NCBI GenBank assembly: GCA_031292305.1
Contig: JARLHJ010000008.1
Coordinates: 1,846 to 65,845, forward strand
Origin: Candidatus Babeliales bacterium
Lineage (GTDB): Bacteria; Babelota; Babeliae; Babelales; JABDEC01
Length of the DNA stretch: 64,000 nucleotides
Direction of reading: 5' to 3'
In this document: positions 59,130-64,000 of the stretch, one piece after another
How the letters are laid out: each line of letters starts with the position of its first letter
Numbering within the stretch: the first letter of the stretch is position 1
Translations under genes and position numbers: made by a program
The notes under the pieces: generated by a model
What the model saw: the letters and a program-made list of their open reading frames with translations, nothing else
The model's database searches: none
What the model was told of the DNA's origin: nothing

Positions 59130-60897
59130 TTGTTATTATTTCTAATTCTTCAATAAATTCTTCAGGAGTTATGTTATATAGTTCTCCGCCCCATTTTTTA
59201 ATTAATGCCTTACTACTTGGGTCAATTACTAAAATAGTTGGTACACCGATAATATCATAACTAGTTTTTAAATTATGATACGGATAAGAAGCTTCATCTG
59301 TCGCATCTACTTTTACAGTTACAAAATCAGAAAGTTTTTCTTTTACTGCAGCGTTATTGAATAATTGTGAATCTATAGCTTTGCACAATGAACAAAAATC
59401 TGCACCAATATCAATAAACAATTTTTTAGATTGAGACAATGCCTTTTGATTTGCTTCATCATAATTTGCCATCCATAATTCTGAATGCGCAATTACGGTT
59501 GATTGAGGATAAAAAGTTTGTTGATAAGCTTTAAAAAATAAAACTATTGAAAATGCGCATAAGCCAATACCAATAATATTTTTTATAACGCGCCATAACT
59601 TAGAATCATAAACAGAAATATTTTTTAAATAATAAATTCCTGAAGCTAATATGAAAGCAGCAATTAACCAAATTAATTTGTTATAAGCAATAATATTACT
59701 CAAAAAGTAAAAACACATTCCAAAAAGCATAAAAGCAAATAATTTTTTTATTTCTACCATCCAAAAACCAGATCTAGGTAATACATTTAATGAGCTTGAA
59801 AATGTACCAATAATTAAAAGAGGTATTCCTAATCCCATTCCAAAAGTAAATAAAAGCATAAAGCCTAAAAATTTGCTACCTAAAGTGGCCACTATTGAAA
59901 GGAGTAATGCAAGTCCAGGAGATAAGCAAGGTGATGCTACACTTCCACTAATTGCACCAAAAATAAATGCAGAAATATAAGATCCATTTACATTAGCCGA
60001 TGCACCGGTTTGCATTGAATTTGGTATGTATAATTCATAAAAGCCAAGCATTGCAAATGCAAAGTATGCAAGTACTGCGACAATAAATAATATAAAAACT
60101 GGATGCATTAATATTTTGCCAAATAAATTTCCTGTCAGTGCTGCTGACAAACCAAATACTGCAAATGTTGTAGCTATTCCAAAAGTATAAGAAAGAGATA
60201 ATAATAAATTTTTAAATACTGATTTGCTACCTTGTGCTTGTAAGATACCTGCTGTGATAGGTATCATAGGGTAAATGCACGGGGTAAGGCTCATTAATAA
60301 GCCTAATAAAAATACTAGAAAAAAGCGTAAGGTCATTGAATTATTTGTTTTTATTGTATCTTGTACATAGGTAGATAATTTATTTATATTATTCCAAAAA
60401 CCTGTTTTTTCAGAATTATGTTTTGCAATTTTTTTTGTACTTTGCACATTTGGTGAACTTGGTTCATCTGTTTGTGGCTTTGCTGGAACTTCTATTTTTT
60501 TGAATAATTCTATTTCTAAAGAATGTTCTTCTATTGCATCTTGATTATTTCTATAATAGCTTAAAAATAAATTACTTGCTCCTGATATTTCATTTTTCTT
60601 TTTGGCATTTAATAAGATATTAAAATCTTTATTAAAAACTAAAATTTGTTTATCAACTGCTGGAACATATTGCATTACAGGTTCTGGTTTGAATTGAATA
60701 TTAGATAATTCTATGTTTGGGTTGTTACTAGAAATATTTAAAAATTCTTTAAATATTATATCTTTGTTTTTCACAGGAACTGAAATATTTATTTTTGCAT
60801 TTTCGAGATCAATAGTTTCTGTTTTAATTTCAATATTATTAGCTGAGATACAAACAATAAAAAAGTTAAGTAAAAATAGAGCTGTAAATTTTTTCAT
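59122..60897 (-). CDS. dsbD: Thiol:disulfide interchange protein DsbD-like (CcdA-type TM core + C-terminal thioredoxin domain)
   Basis: TM core with LTPCIYPMIP and ASPCLSPGL. C-terminal Trx fold with DFCSLCK (CxxC) and GVPTILV. The N-terminal periplasmic domain (aa ~20-190) contains no Cys. Confidence 0.82.
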   Translation of the reverse strand: MKKFTALFLLNFFIVCISANNIEIKTETIDLENAKINISVPVKNKDIIFKEFLNISSNNPNIELSNIQFKPEPVMQYVPAVDKQILVFNKDFNILLNAKKKNEISGASNLFLSYYRNNQDAIEEHSLEIELFKKIEVPAKPQTDEPSSPNVQSTKKIAKHNSEKTGFWNNINKLSTYVQDTIKTNNSMTLRFFLVFLLGLLMSLTPCIYPMIPITAGILQAQGSKSVFKNLLLSLSYTFGIATTFAVFGLSAALTGNLFGKILMHPVFILFIVAVLAYFAFAMLGFYELYIPNSMQTGASANVNGSYISAFIFGAISGSVASPCLSPGLALLLSIVATLGSKFLGFMLLFTFGMGLGIPLLIIGTFSSSLNVLPRSGFWMVEIKKLFAFMLFGMCFYFLSNIIAYNKLIWLIAAFILASGIYYLKNISVYDSKLWRVIKNIIGIGLCAFSIVLFFKAYQQTFYPQSTVIAHSELWMANYDEANQKALSQSKKLFIDIGADFCSLCKAIDSQLFNNAAVKEKLSDFVTVKVDATDEASYPYHNLKTSYDIIGVPTILVIDPSSKALIKKWGGELYNITPEEFIEELEIITND

Positions 60898-61082
60898 ACG
60901 TGCCTTTAAAGGTTTAATTTTTATGAGTTTTAAAATTATACTCGTTTAATGAATTTTTAAAATGATTTTATTAATAATTATAGCATTGTTTCTATTAGAA
61001 AATAGCCTTGACTTTATTAGATTGCTTTTGATATGCTATAAATCAATGATATATGAATCTTTGAAGTGAGAAAGGTGGTTTT

Positions 61083-61445
61083 ATGAAAAAAATTTTATTT
61101 ATCTTGTTATTAATGCCTTATGGTTATATTTTGCCGGCTATGACTGAATTATTTCGGGATACTAGCAATATGTCTGATACTGAACAAGCTGGTATAGATT
61201 TTGGAGAATCATATAATAGGTTTATTATACAATTTAATAATTACAATGATTATGAAAAATTTATAAATATCCAAGATCAAGTTTATCCATCAGGTCATAT
61301 AACACAGTATGATGCGCAAAATTATAAAATTGATTTTGAAATGGATAATCCAATTTCTCTTAATCAAATACAAGATTTTAATATTTATAATTTATTGGCA
61401 CAACAAGGAATAAATCTAACAACTGGTCTTATTTGGTCAATTTAA
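61083..61445 (+). CDS. Secreted hypothetical protein (120 aa)
   Basis: Signal-like N-terminus (ILFILLLMPYGYILPAMT). SD gaaaggtgg upstream. Confidence 0.45.
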   Translation: MKKILFILLLMPYGYILPAMTELFRDTSNMSDTEQAGIDFGESYNRFIIQFNNYNDYEKFINIQDQVYPSGHITQYDAQNYKIDFEMDNPISLNQIQDFNIYNLLAQQGINLTTGLIWSI

Positions 61446-61530
61446 AACTTGTACTAATCTTGCTTTTCATTTTAAACTAATGGTTCGATACATTTTTACT
61501 TCGTAAAAACATTCACCATGAACGGGCGAT

Positions 61531-62940
61531 ATGAATAAACTATCCCAAAAACTATCCCAAAAAATTGATCTAATTTTAGATAAAAATAAATTGCTCAAAA
61601 CTATAATACAGAAGATTGCAGAGCATAATGGTAAAGCAATTTTAGTAGGCGGTGCAGTACGCGATTTGTTATTAGATATACACATAAAAGATTTAGATAT
61701 AGAAGTGCATGGTTTAATGGCAGAAGTATTAGAAAAAATTTTAAAATCTTTTGGACAAGTAAGCTTAGTAGGTAAATCTTTTGGTGTATTTAAATTGCAT
61801 GGATTAGATATAGATTGGTCATTGCCAAGAACAGATAGTGCAGGTCGCAAGCCAAATGTTGAAGTTGATCCTTTTATGTCAGTACAAGAAGCTTTTAGAC
61901 GTAGAGATATAACTATAAATGCAATTGGGATTGATTTAGTTTCGCATGAATTACTTGATCCATTTAATGGGCAAGCTGATTTGCAAAAAGGTATTTTGCG
62001 TGCAACAGATAAAGAATTATTTCTGCAAGATCCACTTAGGTTTTATAGGGTAATGCAATTTATAGGTCGCTTTGAAATGCAACCAGATGAAGAATTGAAT
62101 AATATTTGCGCAAATATGAATATTGCAAATATTTCTAGAGAACGTATTGAAGAAGAATTCGAAAAATTATTTTTAAAATCTAAAAGACCTTCGCTTGGTA
62201 TAAAATGGTTAGATCAAATTAATAGATTAAAAGAAGTTTTGCCAGAAGTTTATAATTTAAAAAATGTACCGCAAGAACCATCTTGGCACCCAGAAGGTGA
62301 TGTTTTTGAGCATGCTATGCAAGCTGTAGATGCTGCTGCTACTTTCGAGTATGAAAACAAGTATGACAAATTAATCTTAGTTATTGCTGCATTATGCCAC
62401 GATCTTGGTAAAGCTACTTGTACGCAATTAATTGATGGCAAATATAGAAGCTTTGGTCATGAAGTTGAAAGTGAAAAAATTGCAAAAACTTTATTGGCAA
62501 GAATTACTAATAATATAGATCTTAAGCGCACTGTTTTAAAATTGGTTAGATATCATATGCAGCCAGGTGCTTTGATCAAAAACAAAGCAGGTAGTGCTGC
62601 ATATAAAAGATTAGCAGGGCATCTTGTGCCTTATGCAAATATGAAAATGTTGTCACAATTGTTTTTGGCCGATCGATTAGGGCGTAATATAATCAAGGGC
62701 CTGCCTTTACCGGGGCCTGATTTAGTTGTTGAAGAATTTGTAAATAAAGTTAAAAATTTAAATATTTTCGATAAGCCAGAAGATGCTTTATTGCAGGGAA
62801 AAGATTTAATAGAATATATTAAACCTGGCCCACAATTGGGTGAGATTTTGCAAGAAGCTTATAAATTACAGATTGATGATGATATACATGATAAAGAAGA
62901 GTTGAAGAATATTGTATTAAAAAAATATTTAAAAAAATAA
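61531..62940 (+). CDS. cca: CCA-adding tRNA nucleotidyltransferase with HD domain
   Basis: Pol-beta NTase head LVGGAVRDLLL..DLDIEV, the RRDITINA motif, and the HD domain HDLGK. Confidence 0.88.
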   Translation: MNKLSQKLSQKIDLILDKNKLLKTIIQKIAEHNGKAILVGGAVRDLLLDIHIKDLDIEVHGLMAEVLEKILKSFGQVSLVGKSFGVFKLHGLDIDWSLPRTDSAGRKPNVEVDPFMSVQEAFRRRDITINAIGIDLVSHELLDPFNGQADLQKGILRATDKELFLQDPLRFYRVMQFIGRFEMQPDEELNNICANMNIANISRERIEEEFEKLFLKSKRPSLGIKWLDQINRLKEVLPEVYNLKNVPQEPSWHPEGDVFEHAMQAVDAAATFEYENKYDKLILVIAALCHDLGKATCTQLIDGKYRSFGHEVESEKIAKTLLARITNNIDLKRTVLKLVRYHMQPGALIKNKAGSAAYKRLAGHLVPYANMKMLSQLFLADRLGRNIIKGLPLPGPDLVVEEFVNKVKNLNIFDKPEDALLQGKDLIEYIKPGPQLGEILQEAYKLQIDDDIHDKEELKNIVLKKYLKK

Positions 62941-62992
62941 AATTAGCTATAATTTAGTATGGTTTTAAAAAATTAGAATTTAAGGAAATAAT

Positions 62993-63682
62993 ATGAAGGT
63001 ACTTGGAAACTCAATGTGGCAATTAATAATGTATTCAGATTATATGACCTGGATAGTTTTATTAATTTTATTTGTATTATCAGTTATATGTTGGGCAATA
63101 TTGTTTTATAAGGTTATTATTTGGAGAATGAAAATTCAACAACTAAAAAATACTATATTGCATATGAATGAAGCAAAAGATATAGAAGATGTAATCAAAA
63201 TTGCTTCACACAATAAAAATAATATTTCTGGATATTTTTTGACACAAGAATTAAATAGTTTAAAAAATTTATTAAAAACAAATATGCAAAAATCAGAACT
63301 TACAGAAAAGCAATGGGAATTTTTGCAATATAAAACAGACAGTTTAATAGACGAGATGGTTTATCACGAAGAATCATATTTATCTATTGCATTTATTACT
63401 GCATCAGTTTCAACTTTATTAGGGTTGTATGGTACAATCTGGGGTCTTATCCAAGCATTTATGGAAATCAGTAAAAAACAATCTGCAGATATTACTACAG
63501 TAGCACCTGGTATAGCAGAAGCTTTAATTACAACCTTAGCTGGTCTTATGGTAGCAATACCAGCATTAGCTATTTATTATTATTTAAAACATAGAGTAGT
63601 ATCAATTGAGCAATTGCTTTTGCAACTTTCAACTAAATTTTTTGATACAGTTCAAAGATTTTTTACCCAAGAAGTGGAGTAA
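62993..63682 (+). CDS. tolQ: MotA/TolQ/ExbB-family proton channel
   Basis: Three TM segments. Conserved LGLYGTIWGLIQAF and VAPGIAEALITTLAGLMVAIPA. Followed by a TolR/ExbD gene. Confidence 0.85.
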   Translation: MKVLGNSMWQLIMYSDYMTWIVLLILFVLSVICWAILFYKVIIWRMKIQQLKNTILHMNEAKDIEDVIKIASHNKNNISGYFLTQELNSLKNLLKTNMQKSELTEKQWEFLQYKTDSLIDEMVYHEESYLSIAFITASVSTLLGLYGTIWGLIQAFMEISKKQSADITTVAPGIAEALITTLAGLMVAIPALAIYYYLKHRVVSIEQLLLQLSTKFFDTVQRFFTQEVE

Positions 63683-63685
63683 AGC

Positions 63686-64000
63686 ATGCGTTTTAAAAGA
63701 AGAAGAAGATTAGTTGCTCTGCCTGAAGTTTCATTAACCCCATTAATTGATACAGCATTAAATTTATTAGTTATCTTTATGGTTGCTACTCCCATGTTGC
63801 AAAATTCATTAAAAATTAATTTGCCTGAAGCAAAAAATAAAAAAGATTATATTAATGCAAAGCAGCAAAACATAGAAATTAACATAGATGATAAGGGTAA
63901 AGTTTATTTAAATGAAAAAGAAGTTGAGTTAAAAAATATAATTGAACAAGTAAAAATTGCCTTAGCAAACTCAAAAGATAAAATTGTTATTTTAAAAGCT
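63686..64000 (+). CDS. tolR: TolR/ExbD-family protein, N-terminal part (runs off the window)
   Basis: MRFKRRRRLVALPEVSLTPLIDTALNLLVIFMVATPM is the canonical ExbD/TolR N-terminus. The ORF is open to nt 64000. Confidence 0.8.
   Translation, partial: MRFKRRRRLVALPEVSLTPLIDTALNLLVIFMVATPMLQNSLKINLPEAKNKKDYINAKQQNIEINIDDKGKVYLNEKEVELKNIIEQVKIALANSKDKIVILKA

Noticed and set aside
61467-61850. 127-aa minus-strand ORF.
   Set aside because: It overlaps the 5' part of the well-supported cca gene in antisense. It has no signal or motif of its own.
1-64000. Scan for CRISPR arrays, IS elements/transposases, integrases, prophage genes, toxin-antitoxin pairs and known defence-system hallmarks.
   Set aside because: I found no regularly spaced direct repeats, no inverted-repeat-flanked ORFs and no proteins with recognisable transposase, integrase, nuclease-helicase or TA motifs. 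The only repeats are the duplication scar at 350-2913 and the paralogous gene termini at 54339-56485.

Overview
This is an AT-rich (roughly 30% G+C by eye, not computed), gene-dense bacterial chromosome segment. It uses the standard code: TGG encodes Trp, and long conserved genes are uninterrupted and end in TAA, TAG or TGA.

Housekeeping backbone: uppS (partial), gpsA, PBP1A, murG, a DUF721/DciA-like gene, holB, tmk, gyrB, tadA, a DksA/TraR-type gene, rpsI, glmS, ftsB, sodA, lysS, recJ, cmk, lon, rpsB, dnaX, der, hpf, dsbD, cca, tolQ and tolR (partial).

Three RNA genes are not explained by the ORF track: RNase P RNA (minus strand, 6886-7268), tRNA-Ser(GGA) (50035-50126) and a small SRP RNA (50215-50297).

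Between the core genes is a large accessory complement of signal-peptide or membrane-anchored proteins:
- two tandem ATP/ADP-translocase (NTT/TLC) genes
- two tandem ankyrin-repeat membrane proteins
- a Sel1-like repeat protein
- four tandem alpha/beta-hydrolase paralogues, one with a substituted catalytic triad
- two tandem G1 (eqolisin-type) glutamic peptidases
- several small Cys-containing secreted peptides

Together these suggest a host-associated or intracellular, energy-parasitic bacterium (Dependentiae/TM6-, Chlamydiae- or Rickettsiales-like). This is inference; lineage cannot be assigned from this window.

The most unusual locus is a minus-strand operon at 26150-30594. It encodes a small secreted 4-Cys peptide, a membrane-anchored orphan UrtA/AmiC-type binding protein, and a 998-aa protein. 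The 998-aa protein appears to fuse two dCache-like ectodomains, each followed by a TM hairpin, to a C-terminal pentameric ligand-gated ion channel module.

The window start carries a segmental-duplication scar (350-2913) with a uppS 3' pseudo-fragment and two TGG->TGA lesions.

I recognised no CRISPR array, rRNA, transposase, integrase or phage genes.
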